Shown in pieces: positions 26,746 through 37,104 of a DNA stretch of 64,000 nt (the first letter of the stretch is position 1; each line of letters opens with the position of its first letter). A program made the translations under genes and the position numbers. Source of the stretch: Cyanobacteria bacterium REEB446 (lineage in GTDB: Bacteria; Cyanobacteriota; Vampirovibrionia; LMEP-6097); assembly GCA_018970325.1 (NCBI GenBank), contig JAGWWP010000002.1, positions 24,693-88,692 on the forward strand. The letters are read 5' to 3'. Below the pieces are notes generated by a model that was not told where the DNA came from, made no database searches, and was given only the letters and a program-made list of their open reading frames with translations.

Positions 26746-27933
26746 TTAGCTTTTATGGAATTCTAATAAGGCCTTCGCTAATATTCGAGCGGTTTTAGTT
26801 TGAAAGCTTTTTTTGCAGAGTAAGTCTGATTCTAATGGATGAATAAGATAGCCAAGCTCGATTAAAACACTTATGGTGTCAGGATTCTCTCTAAGTACGT
26901 GAAGGTTTTGTTTATAAATTCCGGCGAAATCTTGTTTAGATGAGGCTTTAAGTTTAAGAGAGATAAATTTAGCGAGATCGAAACTATGCTCATGAAAATA
27001 ATGACAAGAAAATCCACTTTCTTTATTTGGATCTCTGCCATCGGGCAAAGCGTTATGGTGCAGGGAAATAAATAAATTACATTTATTTTTCTTAGAGATC
27101 CTTACGCGTTCACTTAAACTCTTCTCTGTATCATGGTTTCGAGTAAGTATAGTTTTTACTCCTTGATGATTTAATTCTGTTGCGAGTTTTATAGCTAGGC
27201 TTAAATTTAAATCTTTTTCAAATATGCCTTTAGGAGAGGTAGCTCCTATTTGGGAGCCGCCGTGACCAGGGTCTATGCAAACCAAAAGAGGCATTTCACT
27301 AAATGTGAATGAGATATTAAGCACTTGATTCTTGAATTTAATTTTATGATTTATTACCGGCTTTTGAAATTTAATATCGAAGATAATATTTGAGATTTGT
27401 TCTATTTTGATTTCAGGATTTAACTCTGAATAATGAATCCAGTCTAAATCTTGCTCCATGATGCCTAAATCTAATCTATAGTGATAAGCGTTAATTTTTT
27501 TTAATTTGTAATCAGGAAGTGAATTTAATGGAATAGATATATCTTTATTACTTATTAAGATGCTCCGTAGAATATTACCTGAACTAGCAGGTTCGTTAAT
27601 AGCCCCTTGAGTAGAAGTTCTTATAGTTTTATGATTTTTATATTCTGAATTGAGTGTGTTGAAGGCTTGGTAAGGATGAGCATAAGCTATAGGGTTTGGA
27701 TTGTTATTAATATTTAGAACACCATAAATCCTGCGTGTGAAGGACTTTCCGTCGATATTGATTCGTATTTTATTCTCACCGAGTTTGAGTCGAATTAGTT
27801 TACAGAAATTACCATTTTTCTCAAGCTGGATAGCTGAATGGTTTATTAGACAAGAGAGTCGAGCTGAGCCAAGTATGAAAATCTCTTTACTATCAGTTTC
27901 ATGTCCTTCTGGAGGATAGGCTAACATTGGCAA
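26746..27933 (-). CDS. N-acetylmuramoyl-L-alanine amidase (Amidase_3 family) with an N-terminal targeting domain
   Basis: The C-terminal VCIDPGHGG...GATSPKG...E...LHHNA... pattern is the zinc amidase_3 signature. Confidence 0.75.
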   Translation of the reverse strand: MPMLAYPPEGHETDSKEIFILGSARLSCLINHSAIQLEKNGNFCKLIRLKLGENKIRINIDGKSFTRRIYGVLNINNNPNPIAYAHPYQAFNTLNSEYKNHKTIRTSTQGAINEPASSGNILRSILISNKDISIPLNSLPDYKLKKINAYHYRLDLGIMEQDLDWIHYSELNPEIKIEQISNIIFDIKFQKPVINHKIKFKNQVLNISFTFSEMPLLVCIDPGHGGSQIGATSPKGIFEKDLNLSLAIKLATELNHQGVKTILTRNHDTEKSLSERVRISKKNKCNLFISLHHNALPDGRDPNKESGFSCHYFHEHSFDLAKFISLKLKASSKQDFAGIYKQNLHVLRENPDTISVLIELGYLIHPLESDLLCKKSFQTKTARILAKALLEFHKS

Positions 27934-27942
27934 GCCGTTAAT

Positions 27943-28782
27943 CTAAAGCCTAAAAGCTCCCCATTTAAATTTCTTCGCAGTTTCTTCGTCATCGTGATTC
28001 TCGGCATAGGTTCCTTCAGGGCTAGAGTTTACTGAACTTGTAGTATTCATGCCTTTTAAAACGCTGTTGATATCATTGATTGAACTATGACCGTTAGCTT
28101 GAGCTGTCTGCCTAACAAGCTGTTCAATAAGAGCGTTCTTGTAACTAGCTTCTCTTTCTCTGAGCTCAAGCTGTTCTTTGAGTTCTTGGATAACTTTCTG
28201 GCCTTCTCTAAGACTTCTTTCAGCAGTCTGTTTTTCGATTAAATTTTCTTGTTGAAGTTGTTTGACTTTGTGGTTGTATTCAACAAGCTCAGCCTTCATT
28301 TCATTGCAAAGCTGTTCAGTAGTTTCTTTCCAAGTCATTAGCTCTTTTATTTTTCTGAGTAGAGCTTCTTTTTCGTTTTGCAAAGCATCAGATTTATCCT
28401 GAAAATCCTGCCTAGTATGATCGAAATCTCTTTTAAATTTAGATAATTCTAATTCAGAGAGTTTTAACGCTTCACGTACTGAATCAAGGTCAGAACCGAG
28501 TTGACGATTTTGTGTTTTTTGCGTCTTAAGCTCTAATTTAAGCTCCTCGTAATGACTTTCAATATGCTGATATTTAACTCTTAATGTTTCACTCTCATTG
28601 GCTTTGATGACATAGCCATCCATTAGGGCGCTAAATTCGGGAGAAACTTTATGTTCCTGCTTTTCAGCTAATACTTTAAGCTCCGATTTAATATCCCCCA
28701 AGAGATTTGAGAATATTTCCTTGCTTTCCCTCGCTTCGTTAGATAAATAAAGCTGGCTTGTGTTGTGATCTTCAAGAGTCAT
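27943..28782 (-). CDS. Coiled-coil protein, hypothetical
   Basis: 279 aa with heptad-rich E/K/Q/L composition throughout and no catalytic motifs. Confidence 0.4.
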   Translation of the reverse strand: MTLEDHNTSQLYLSNEARESKEIFSNLLGDIKSELKVLAEKQEHKVSPEFSALMDGYVIKANESETLRVKYQHIESHYEELKLELKTQKTQNRQLGSDLDSVREALKLSELELSKFKRDFDHTRQDFQDKSDALQNEKEALLRKIKELMTWKETTEQLCNEMKAELVEYNHKVKQLQQENLIEKQTAERSLREGQKVIQELKEQLELREREASYKNALIEQLVRQTAQANGHSSINDINSVLKGMNTTSSVNSSPEGTYAENHDDEETAKKFKWGAFRL

Positions 28783-28857
28783 ACTCAGAAATTTTAATTG
28801 ATCTCTTAATATTTAGCAAGAAAACTGCTCTCTTAAATTTGTTAAGATTCTGAAATA

Positions 28858-29181
28858 GTGAAAACGGGTGATGATTTTGATGACTTAAGCGGTTTTTCTG
28901 GCCTCTTTTCCTCTTCTTATGAAGACACGACTAGATTTATTACGGAGCTTAAGGATGACCCAAGCTTTGCGAAACATTTAAGAAATATTGAGTTTCTTGA
29001 AATTTCAGTTAAAAATTTGCAGTTTGAAAATGAGAAGAATCATAATCGTATAAAGGATCTTGAGTTAGAGTTAGATCAGCTTTATAAAGAAGCAGAGGCT
29101 TCTATAAATTTAAATAAAAAGCTTTTGCAGCAAGTGGAGAAATATAAATCTTTAACTAAGAACTTCCTTAATGAAAAATAA
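28858..29181 (+). CDS. Small coiled-coil protein, hypothetical
   Basis: 107 aa, E/K/L-rich, divergently arranged with the preceding coiled-coil gene. Confidence 0.35.
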   Translation: MKTGDDFDDLSGFSGLFSSSYEDTTRFITELKDDPSFAKHLRNIEFLEISVKNLQFENEKNHNRIKDLELELDQLYKEAEASINLNKKLLQQVEKYKSLTKNFLNEK

Positions 29182-29226
29182 AACTAGTTGAGTTTAATAT
29201 ATTCGCATGTTAAGATCTAAAGTCCT

Positions 29227-29439
29227 ATGAAGCAAAACACACATCCAGAGACCCATATTATTGTTGCTACTTGTACCTGTGGTGCTGAGTTTTTAGTTGA
29301 GTCTACAGAACCTTCTCTAAGAGTTGAAGTTTGCAGTAATTGCCATCCTTTTTATGCAGGCACTAATAAGATAATAGATGCTGCTGGTAGAATAGATACA
29401 TTTACTAAAAAGTATGCGAAGAAAAAAGTTGCTCAATAG
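29227..29439 (+). CDS. rpmE: 50S ribosomal protein L31 (zinc-ribbon type)
   Basis: MKQNTHPE...CTCG...CSNCHPFYAG is the L31 CxxC...CxxC pattern. Confidence 0.85.
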   Translation: MKQNTHPETHIIVATCTCGAEFLVESTEPSLRVEVCSNCHPFYAGTNKIIDAAGRIDTFTKKYAKKKVAQ

Positions 29440-29544
29440 TTTTTTTGATTTATTTATAATTTAGTGATTTTTTCTTAACTTAACCTTTATTTTCTTTTGA
29501 TACTTGTAAGCCTAAGATGAGACTGTCTCAAGGGGTGTTTTCTT

Positions 29545-29919
29545 ATGGTTTACGTCGATAACTCTGCTATAAATCAATATCAGGGAATTTCTTATAATTC
29601 TGAGTCAGAGGATTTTGGTCTTTTGAATGTTGAGGATTTTAGAGAAGACCTGTCTCCAGAAGAGAGAGAGAGATTAATTAATTTTTTCAGTGAAGCCGTT
29701 CATACTCAAAATAAAGATGAGGCGTTGGTTAGGTGCAGTGAATTGAAAGCTCTAAGAGATATGAGTAAATTTAAACGAGACGTGTCTTTAAATGCGATGC
29801 TTACTTCTGCTGGATATGATTCGATAAGGCATTCAAAAAATTATGAAGAAAGTTCAACAGCTTATTTGGCTTTTGATAATTTAATTTCTGATTTGGAAAG
29901 TGTATTAGGATTTAAGTAG
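29545..29919 (+). CDS. Hypothetical protein
   Basis: 124-aa ORF preceded by a plausible RBS, with no recognisable motif. Confidence 0.3.
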   Translation: MVYVDNSAINQYQGISYNSESEDFGLLNVEDFREDLSPEERERLINFFSEAVHTQNKDEALVRCSELKALRDMSKFKRDVSLNAMLTSAGYDSIRHSKNYEESSTAYLAFDNLISDLESVLGFK

Positions 29920-30017
29920 TTTTTAGATAGTCTTAATTGAGGCAATAATGCTTCTCGTGAAGTGAAGATTTGTTAGTGCTGGATTGATATGAAATGCTAG
30001 AATCAGCTTGCTAACAG

Positions 30018-30983
30018 ATGTCTAATAGTCTTGAAAATCAGATAAATATAATAGTTGCAGAATTGCCTGTGGCTATTAGGCTTGATGTTTATTTAGCTGG
30101 GCTGGAATCACTGAATTTAACTAGATCCTTTATTGGGGCTTTGATTGAGGATGGGAAGATCTTACTGAATGCTAAAGTGGTAAAAGCTTCTCATAAAATT
30201 AAGAACGGCGATGCGATTTCTATTAATCTGCCACCACCAAGGAGTTTAGATATATTGCCAGAGGCTATTCCTTTGGATATTATTTTTGAAGATGAATATC
30301 TTTTGGTTTTAAATAAGCAAGCTGGTTTAGTGGTACACCCTTCATCTAATACGGTGAATGGCACTCTAGTAAATGCTCTTCTGCACTACTGTAAGGATAG
30401 CTTATCCCAAATTAACGGTGTTTTAAGACCAGGTATAGTACATCGTCTTGATAAAGATACTACAGGCTTAATGCTGGCTTGTAAAAATGATTTAGCGCAC
30501 AGGCGCTTAGCAGAACAGATTAAGAATCGGGAAGTTGAAAGATATTATCAGACTTTAGTTTTAGGAAACTTAAGAGAAACTAGTGGTTCTGTAATTAAAC
30601 CTATTGGGCGTGATCACAATGATAGGAAGCGGATGCGCACTTTTGAAACGCTAGAACACGCTAGGTATGCGAAAACCAACTGGCAGTTATTAAAAAGGTA
30701 TAAATATAAAGCTTCTCAAGATCCTTTTACACTGCTTGAATGTAAGCTGGATACAGGTAGAACTCATCAAATTCGCGTTCATATGAATTACATAAAGCAT
30801 CCCATTATTGGTGATGCTGTTTATGGCATAGAGAAAAATAAACTAAAAGCGTATAGACCGCTTTTACACTCATATAAATTAGAATTCACTCATCCTATTA
30901 CGGAGGAAAGGCTGAAATTTGAAACAGATTTGCCTGAAGATTTTAAAACTTCCCTAAGTTTTCTCGAAGAGAATCTACACTAA
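30018..30983 (+). CDS. rluD: 23S rRNA pseudouridine synthase, RluA/RluD family
   Basis: An N-terminal S4-like region followed by the catalytic VHRLDKDTTGLML motif. Confidence 0.85.
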   Translation: MSNSLENQINIIVAELPVAIRLDVYLAGLESLNLTRSFIGALIEDGKILLNAKVVKASHKIKNGDAISINLPPPRSLDILPEAIPLDIIFEDEYLLVLNKQAGLVVHPSSNTVNGTLVNALLHYCKDSLSQINGVLRPGIVHRLDKDTTGLMLACKNDLAHRRLAEQIKNREVERYYQTLVLGNLRETSGSVIKPIGRDHNDRKRMRTFETLEHARYAKTNWQLLKRYKYKASQDPFTLLECKLDTGRTHQIRVHMNYIKHPIIGDAVYGIEKNKLKAYRPLLHSYKLEFTHPITEERLKFETDLPEDFKTSLSFLEENLH

Positions 30984-31023
30984 TACCAAGCTTAGAAATA
31001 AACATCCAAAACACAGCTTTATG

Positions 31024-31075
31024 AGGGGCGTGTAGCTGATGAAAACACAGAAATTGGAGTTCCGCTACACATGCC
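31024..31075 (+). repeat. Short remnant of the RPE-like element
   Basis: ggggcgtgtagctgatgaaaacacagaaattggagttccgctacacatgcc contains the conserved core with a mini-palindromic flank (gtgtagc / gctacac). Confidence 0.55.
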
Positions 31076-31079
31076 ATGA

Positions 31080-31694
31080 TTACTTCTGAGCTTCAGCAGC
31101 CCCTTCGGTGATAGCTCCTCTCTTCGCTACAACTTTAACAATAATTTCACCACTTGGATCTAGAAGTTCTAATTTATCACCTAAATTTAGATCACCAAAG
31201 TTAATCATATCAGCAGGTTTTTTTAGAACAGAAATATCTATTTCGAAATCCTCTGGAATATCTCTTGGCAGGCATCTAACGTTCATTTCCGTGAACTGAG
31301 TTACTATGTCACAACCCATTTTAGCTGCTGGTGAATCACCTACGAATCTTAGAGCTACTTTCGTATTAAGTTTATTACCGCTCTTAACTTTATAAAATTC
31401 AATATTTAAAATTTCGCCAGTAACGAAGTCTTTCTGTATATTACGAATTAGAGTCTCATATAGAGTTTCATTATCTTTAAGCTCGATTAAATGCTTATAG
31501 TCTTTAAAGCTTACTTTTTTGAAATCTTTACCATTCACTTGGATGTCAATAGCCTTTTCTAATTCTGGCCCATAAATCGTAGCTGGAATTAAGCCTTCTC
31601 TCCTAAGAGCTCTTGGTTTACTATTTTCTTTACGCTTTTCAATTTTAAGTTCTGTAGCCATGTCTTGATTTCCTGAACTTATAGATAATAGCAA
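31080..31694 (-). CDS. rplY: 50S ribosomal protein L25 / general stress protein Ctc
   Basis: ...ATELKIEKR...RREGLIPATIYG... with a Ctc-type C-terminal domain. The true start is probably the internal Met (MATELK). Confidence 0.75.
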   Translation of the reverse strand: MLLSISSGNQDMATELKIEKRKENSKPRALRREGLIPATIYGPELEKAIDIQVNGKDFKKVSFKDYKHLIELKDNETLYETLIRNIQKDFVTGEILNIEFYKVKSGNKLNTKVALRFVGDSPAAKMGCDIVTQFTEMNVRCLPRDIPEDFEIDISVLKKPADMINFGDLNLGDKLELLDPSGEIIVKVVAKRGAITEGAAEAQK

Positions 31695-31746
31695 AATATA
31701 GTCTGTTTTATCTAGTAATTTTTAGTTAGTTTGGGGGATATTTTAG

Positions 31747-32262
31747 GTGATGGTCTTGAATGCACTAGGTTCTGCAAGTATGGGAAATGATGCAAGCATT
31801 AGGGCTGGCCTCGGTAATTTAGCGGATAAATTAGGTACCCCTAGTAATTCTAAAGTTAATGCTAAATCTATTAATACTCAGTTAATTAACAATACTCAAC
31901 AGGTTAATTTTGAAGGATTTATCGCTCATCAATTAAATGCAGATAAATTAAAAAATTTAAAAACTGAAGATTTTAGGAATCAGCTGGCTGACATTAAAAA
32001 ATTAGGCGGGGCAGTAAAAAAATATTTCACACCAGGAGTTATGACCGATTATTTAACTGCTGTTCATTCTTTTTTAACGGATATTAAGGATAAGGCTTAT
32101 GAGGGAGAAAATTCTGAAGATGGTTTTTTTGAAAGAATTAAAATCGTGGATGAAGAATTAGATCAGATGGCGAAAGATTATTTTAAAGATCAGTCTGCTG
32201 AGCTCAAAATTGCAGCATCTTTGGATTTAGTTGAAGGTATGCTGGTTGATTTGATAGCATAG
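31747..32262 (+). CDS. Hypothetical protein
   Basis: 171-aa ORF with no recognisable motif. Confidence 0.3.
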   Translation: MMVLNALGSASMGNDASIRAGLGNLADKLGTPSNSKVNAKSINTQLINNTQQVNFEGFIAHQLNADKLKNLKTEDFRNQLADIKKLGGAVKKYFTPGVMTDYLTAVHSFLTDIKDKAYEGENSEDGFFERIKIVDEELDQMAKDYFKDQSAELKIAASLDLVEGMLVDLIA

Positions 32263-32280
32263 TCAGCTTATAATACAGTT

Positions 32281-35181
32281 GTGGACTTGGACCCAGTTTA
32301 TTTAAAAGCTAAAGAGTTATTAGAGTTTCATAAGGAAGAGCTTAAGCGTATTAAGCTTTTAGATTTGGCTTGGTGGAGTCAGCAGGTTCTTTTATTCTCG
32401 TCTAAAAACCCACGCTTGCAAAAACAATTATTTAAGTTTGTTGATTTATATCCAAGCCTGAAGACGCCTGAAATGGTAAGTAAGTATCTCTTGGAATATA
32501 TGAGGGAAGAGGATTTATTTCTTGGTGATTTAATTTATTTTGCTGCTCGTTTACCATTGGGAGCTTCACTGATAGATTGTTTTACTAAGTTTGGTGTTAA
32601 ATCTCTTGCTAAGAATTTTATTGTTGATAATGATGAACAGAAATTATCTAAGAAAATAGAAGAGCTTCGCCTTTCTGGATTGGATTGCACTCTAGATATT
32701 TTAGGCGAGCTTGCTATTAGTCAAGAGGAGTCAGAGAAATATTTACAAACATATTTAGATTTACTTGAAACTAAGCCGGGTATTGCTTTATCTGTTAAAT
32801 TATCAAGCCTATGTCCGCAGATGAAAGCTAGTGCCTATGAGCTAAATAAAAAAACGTTAAAAGATAATTTAGCAAAAATTTTCCGTGCTGCTTTGAGTAA
32901 TGGTTCTGAAATAACTATAGACAGTGAACATTACGATACAAAAACATTGTTTTTTGATACGGTAAAAGAGTTACTGTTGACTGAAGAATTTAAAAACTGG
33001 TCTGGTGCAGGAGTCGTTATACAAGCCTATTTAAAGGAAAGTAGAAGCGATTTAATTTCCTTTATAGAATTTTCTCAAAAGAGAAAAGCTTCTTTGAAAA
33101 TCAGATTGGTTAAAGGTGCTTATTGGGATTATGAAAGAGCTGTGGCGATTCAGAATAATTGGAATATTCCAGTCTATGAAAGGAAAGTAGAGACTGATAA
33201 GAATTATGAAGAGTTACTAGAATTACTTTTTAAAAATAATAAATATATTTTCCCTGCTATAGCTAGTCATAATATTCGCTCTATCGCTTTAACTATAGAG
33301 CTTGCAAAGCTTTATAAAGTGGATAAGGATAGATACGAGTTTCAATTCCTTTATGGAATGCTAGATCATATGAAATTCTTTCTGTGCGAGCGTGCTTATG
33401 GTGTGAGAGTTTATCTTCCCTGCGGTGATTTAGTAGAAGGCATGGCGTATTTAGTTAGAAGGCTTTTAGAGAATACTGCGAATGATTCATTTCTATTTCA
33501 AAGCTTGAGCGATGATAATCTAGACAAGCTTATTCAAAAGCCAGTATCAAATAATCTTTTATCAATTAAGTTAGATGACCGTACTGGCCAAGAATTTACA
33601 AATTCGCCACTTCTGGATTTTTCTAAAATTAGAACACGTTTTGAAATGCAGTTTGCTATTGAGCAGCTCATGAAGCAGATTGCGCAGCGCCCATTAGAGG
33701 TCTATCCGATTATAAATGGCAAGGATGTTCTTCTAAGAAAGACTTTTGCCTCAGTTAATCCTTCTCAAAAAAGTCAAGTAGTGGCTTATGCTCACGCTGC
33801 TGAAATTAGTGATGTTAATTTTGCCGTTAATAATTCAAAGCAGGCTTTTATGTGGTGGTCACATCTAGCTGTGCAGAAAAGAATTAATATTATGAAGGCT
33901 TTTGCTAGGCTTTTGCAACACAAGCGACAAGATTATGCAGCTCTCTTGATTTTAGAGGCAGCTAAGACTTGGAATGAGGCTAATGCTGAGCTTTCAGAGG
34001 CTATTGATTTTATATATTATTATGCGGAGCAAGCTGAGAGATTGTTTTCAGAAAATAAATTAAGGTCGCTGCCAGGTGAAGCCAACACTAATATCTACAA
34101 GGCTTTAGGGGTCACTGCTGTAATTTCTCCTTGGAATTTCCCCTTAGCTATATTGCTTGGGATGACTTCAGCTGCTTTACTTACTGGGAACACAGTTATT
34201 ATCAAGCCTTCTGAGGAAGCACCGGCTATCGCATATAAATTAGTTACTGATTTAAATAAGGTGATTCGTGATTCTTTTCCTTTTAAAGATACTAAATATG
34301 CTGAGTCAGTGGTGCAGTTACTACTTGGTTCAGGCACGGAAATAGGTGCAGAATTGGTTAAACATAAGGATATTAACCTCATTACTTTTACAGGATCGCA
34401 CGAAACAGGTATGCAGATTAATAAAAGTTTAAATGAGCATCCTCATTTAAAGAAAAAACTAATCGCAGAGATGGGCGGTAAAAACGCTATTGTGGCGGAT
34501 GAAACTGCTGACCTAGATCAGTTAATTCCAGCTATTTTAAAATCTGCTTTTTCTTTTTCGGGGCAGAAGTGTTCAGCTTGTTCTAGATTGATTTTAGTTA
34601 GTAGTATCTATGAAAAAGTTAAAGAGAGATTAGTAGCTGCGGTGGGAGCTATTAATATAGGACCTGCTTATTTAGCTGAGTCTGATATGACTTCCTTGAT
34701 TAATGAAAAGGCTTTTAAAAAATTTGAAGCATACTTTAATTTAGCTAAACGAGAGGCCTCCATTGTGATTGGGAATTGCTCAGTGGATAAAGACTCTTTT
34801 AAAGCTGCTCCAGTAATTGTTGAAAATGTTTCTCCGCGCAGTGCTTTGGCTCAAGATGAAATCTTCGCACCGATTTTATGCTTGTTTGTGGTAGATGATT
34901 TTAATTCTGCCGTTGACCTAGCGAATGATTCTAAATATGGTCTTACTGGAGCTGTTTTTTCGAGAAGTCCTGAAAATATTGATTATGCTAAAGAGAATTT
35001 TAATGTAGGTAATTTATACATAAACCAAGCTTGCACTGGTGCGATAGTTAGTAGGCAGGCTTTCGGAGGGACTAAACTTTCGAGTATTGGCTATAAAGCA
35101 GGTGGTTCTAATTATCTCTTACAGTTTTTAGAAGAGAAAACCGTTACTGAGAACACCATGCGCCACGGCATGATAGTTTAA
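32281..35181 (+). CDS. putA: Bifunctional proline dehydrogenase / delta-1-pyrroline-5-carboxylate dehydrogenase (PutA, without the N-terminal DNA-binding domain)
   Basis: 966 aa. The C-terminal aldehyde dehydrogenase domain has EMGGKNA and FSFSGQKCSACSRL (catalytic Cys). The N-terminal ~450 aa look like a PRODH TIM barrel. Confidence 0.8.
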   Translation: MDLDPVYLKAKELLEFHKEELKRIKLLDLAWWSQQVLLFSSKNPRLQKQLFKFVDLYPSLKTPEMVSKYLLEYMREEDLFLGDLIYFAARLPLGASLIDCFTKFGVKSLAKNFIVDNDEQKLSKKIEELRLSGLDCTLDILGELAISQEESEKYLQTYLDLLETKPGIALSVKLSSLCPQMKASAYELNKKTLKDNLAKIFRAALSNGSEITIDSEHYDTKTLFFDTVKELLLTEEFKNWSGAGVVIQAYLKESRSDLISFIEFSQKRKASLKIRLVKGAYWDYERAVAIQNNWNIPVYERKVETDKNYEELLELLFKNNKYIFPAIASHNIRSIALTIELAKLYKVDKDRYEFQFLYGMLDHMKFFLCERAYGVRVYLPCGDLVEGMAYLVRRLLENTANDSFLFQSLSDDNLDKLIQKPVSNNLLSIKLDDRTGQEFTNSPLLDFSKIRTRFEMQFAIEQLMKQIAQRPLEVYPIINGKDVLLRKTFASVNPSQKSQVVAYAHAAEISDVNFAVNNSKQAFMWWSHLAVQKRINIMKAFARLLQHKRQDYAALLILEAAKTWNEANAELSEAIDFIYYYAEQAERLFSENKLRSLPGEANTNIYKALGVTAVISPWNFPLAILLGMTSAALLTGNTVIIKPSEEAPAIAYKLVTDLNKVIRDSFPFKDTKYAESVVQLLLGSGTEIGAELVKHKDINLITFTGSHETGMQINKSLNEHPHLKKKLIAEMGGKNAIVADETADLDQLIPAILKSAFSFSGQKCSACSRLILVSSIYEKVKERLVAAVGAINIGPAYLAESDMTSLINEKAFKKFEAYFNLAKREASIVIGNCSVDKDSFKAAPVIVENVSPRSALAQDEIFAPILCLFVVDDFNSAVDLANDSKYGLTGAVFSRSPENIDYAKENFNVGNLYINQACTGAIVSRQAFGGTKLSSIGYKAGGSNYLLQFLEEKTVTENTMRHGMIV

Positions 35182-35715
35182 GATAACTTCAAAAAGGCTT
35201 GTGATTTTTTTTATTTTATGAAATATTTATAAGTGAAGCAGAACTATTAAATTGTGATTGGAAGTCGTCTATGATTTTACTTTTTATATAACCAAATAAC
35301 TGTCATTCTACTGTTCTTGGGTGGTCTAATCTACAATATCTAAAACTTGATTAAAGAGGGCTGGGTGGAAGTCTTTTGAAGCAGAACTACGCACACCAAC
35401 CCTCAGGGACTATATTATATCCTGTTAAGGTTTAGGTCAATTAATAATTCTGCATATCGTTGAAACGCAGATGGGCTGTATGTTCTGTGCAGAACCCATC
35501 ATTTAGGGAGTTTTCTCGGCAGAGATTTCCTCACACGATAATCGCTGAGAAAATAAGATGGTGTTTTATTTGAGCCACCATCTTAAATTAAGCTAGGTAT
35601 CAATGCTTCCCCAGTCGGAGATACCTAGCTTATTATTTTCAAGCTGCTTTGTTAAGCATTTTTTGGTGGATTAATGGAGGGAGAGGGGATGCATTCTATA
35701 ATATGATTAAGACCT

Positions 35716-37104
35716 ATGGAACCTCTTTTAGATCCTAAAATTGCAGAGAATCTTATTAATCATGCATTGAGTCAGGGAGCTGATTTCTGTGATATTTTTA
35801 TCGAAAGAAAAAATCATTTAACTTTTAAGCAGGCTTCTAAACAGCTGGATTCAATTAATTCTGGTATAGATTTCGGTTTAGGTATACGCCTGATTTATGG
35901 TTCTGAAGTTTATTATGGTACAGCAAGTACTTTAGATGAGCTAGAACTGTTAAAAATAGTTTCTAAGCTTAAAGCTACTGAGATTTCCTCTAAAGAAAAG
36001 CTTACTTCACCATTTGTTGAAACCCTTTTGGGGAGTGATTTGAGTTTTGGTTTAAAGAATGAAGATTGGCAAGAAAAAATCGAATTTTTATTAAACATGG
36101 ATAGGCAGATGCGTTCTTTAAGTGAGAAGCTTATTCAGGTGAATTTAAATCTTGCACAAAGCAGACAGGAAGTGCAGATATATAATTCAGAAGGTTTAAA
36201 TATTTCTGATATTCGTAATTATGTTCGCCTAAGCGTAACGGCTATCGCAGAGGACGGTAATTTAAGAGAGGATGCTTATGAAGCTCCAGGGGCGACCATG
36301 GATATGGATTTTATCCGTCAGCTTGATTCTGAGAGCCTTGGAGAGAAAGTCGTTTCAAGAGCGTTAAGAAAGCTTTCTGCGATAGCCTGCCCTGCTGGAA
36401 AAATGCCAGTTATTTTAGAGAATGCTTTTGGTGGTGTTATTTTTCATGAAGCTTGCGGGCATCTTTTAGAGACTACTAGTGTCCAAAGGCGTTCTAGTGT
36501 TTTTTGGGATAAGATGAATCAGCAGATCGCAAATATAGCTGTTACTGCTGTAGATGACGGTACTATCGCTGATAAGTGGGGCAGTATAAACATTGATGAT
36601 GAAGGGCGTCAGGTGCAACGGACTGAATTAATCGTGAATGGAGTTTTAAAGAATTTTCTGGTGGATTATGTCGGGCATTTAAAAACTCAGTATCCGTTGA
36701 GCGCTTCTGCTAGGCGTGAAAGTTATCGTTACGCGCCAGCTTCACGTATGCGTAATACTTTTATTTGCCCAGGTAATTTTTCTCGGGATGAATTAATTTC
36801 TTCTATAGATTATGGTCTCTATGCTGAGAGCCTTGGTGGTGGTAGTGTGATCCCCGGTACTGGTGAGTTTAACTTTGCCGTGAATAGCGGTTATTTAATC
36901 GAAAATGGTAAACTGACGAAGCCCGTTAAGGGAGCGACTTTAATCGGTACTGGTCCTGAAATATTACAGAGAATTTCTATGGTGGGTAAAGAATTAGAAC
37001 TCGCAGCTGGAATGTGCGGTTCGGTTAGTGGTTCAGTTCCAGTAACTGTAGGGCAGCCGCCTCTTAAGGTTGAGGAGATATTAGTTGGTGGGGAGCTTTC
37101 ATAA
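35716..37104 (+). CDS. tldD: Metalloprotease TldD
   Basis: HEACGHLLE zinc-binding motif, with length and pattern typical of TldD. Confidence 0.85.
   Translation: MEPLLDPKIAENLINHALSQGADFCDIFIERKNHLTFKQASKQLDSINSGIDFGLGIRLIYGSEVYYGTASTLDELELLKIVSKLKATEISSKEKLTSPFVETLLGSDLSFGLKNEDWQEKIEFLLNMDRQMRSLSEKLIQVNLNLAQSRQEVQIYNSEGLNISDIRNYVRLSVTAIAEDGNLREDAYEAPGATMDMDFIRQLDSESLGEKVVSRALRKLSAIACPAGKMPVILENAFGGVIFHEACGHLLETTSVQRRSSVFWDKMNQQIANIAVTAVDDGTIADKWGSINIDDEGRQVQRTELIVNGVLKNFLVDYVGHLKTQYPLSASARRESYRYAPASRMRNTFICPGNFSRDELISSIDYGLYAESLGGGSVIPGTGEFNFAVNSGYLIENGKLTKPVKGATLIGTGPEILQRISMVGKELELAAGMCGSVSGSVPVTVGQPPLKVEEILVGGELS

Noticed and set aside
35182-35715. Tried to assign the long tldD-upstream intergenic region to RNase P RNA, tmRNA, SRP RNA or a known riboswitch
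   Set aside because: None of the hallmark conserved motifs of those RNAs could be found by eye on either strand. It is kept only as an unclassified structured-region candidate in the findings.
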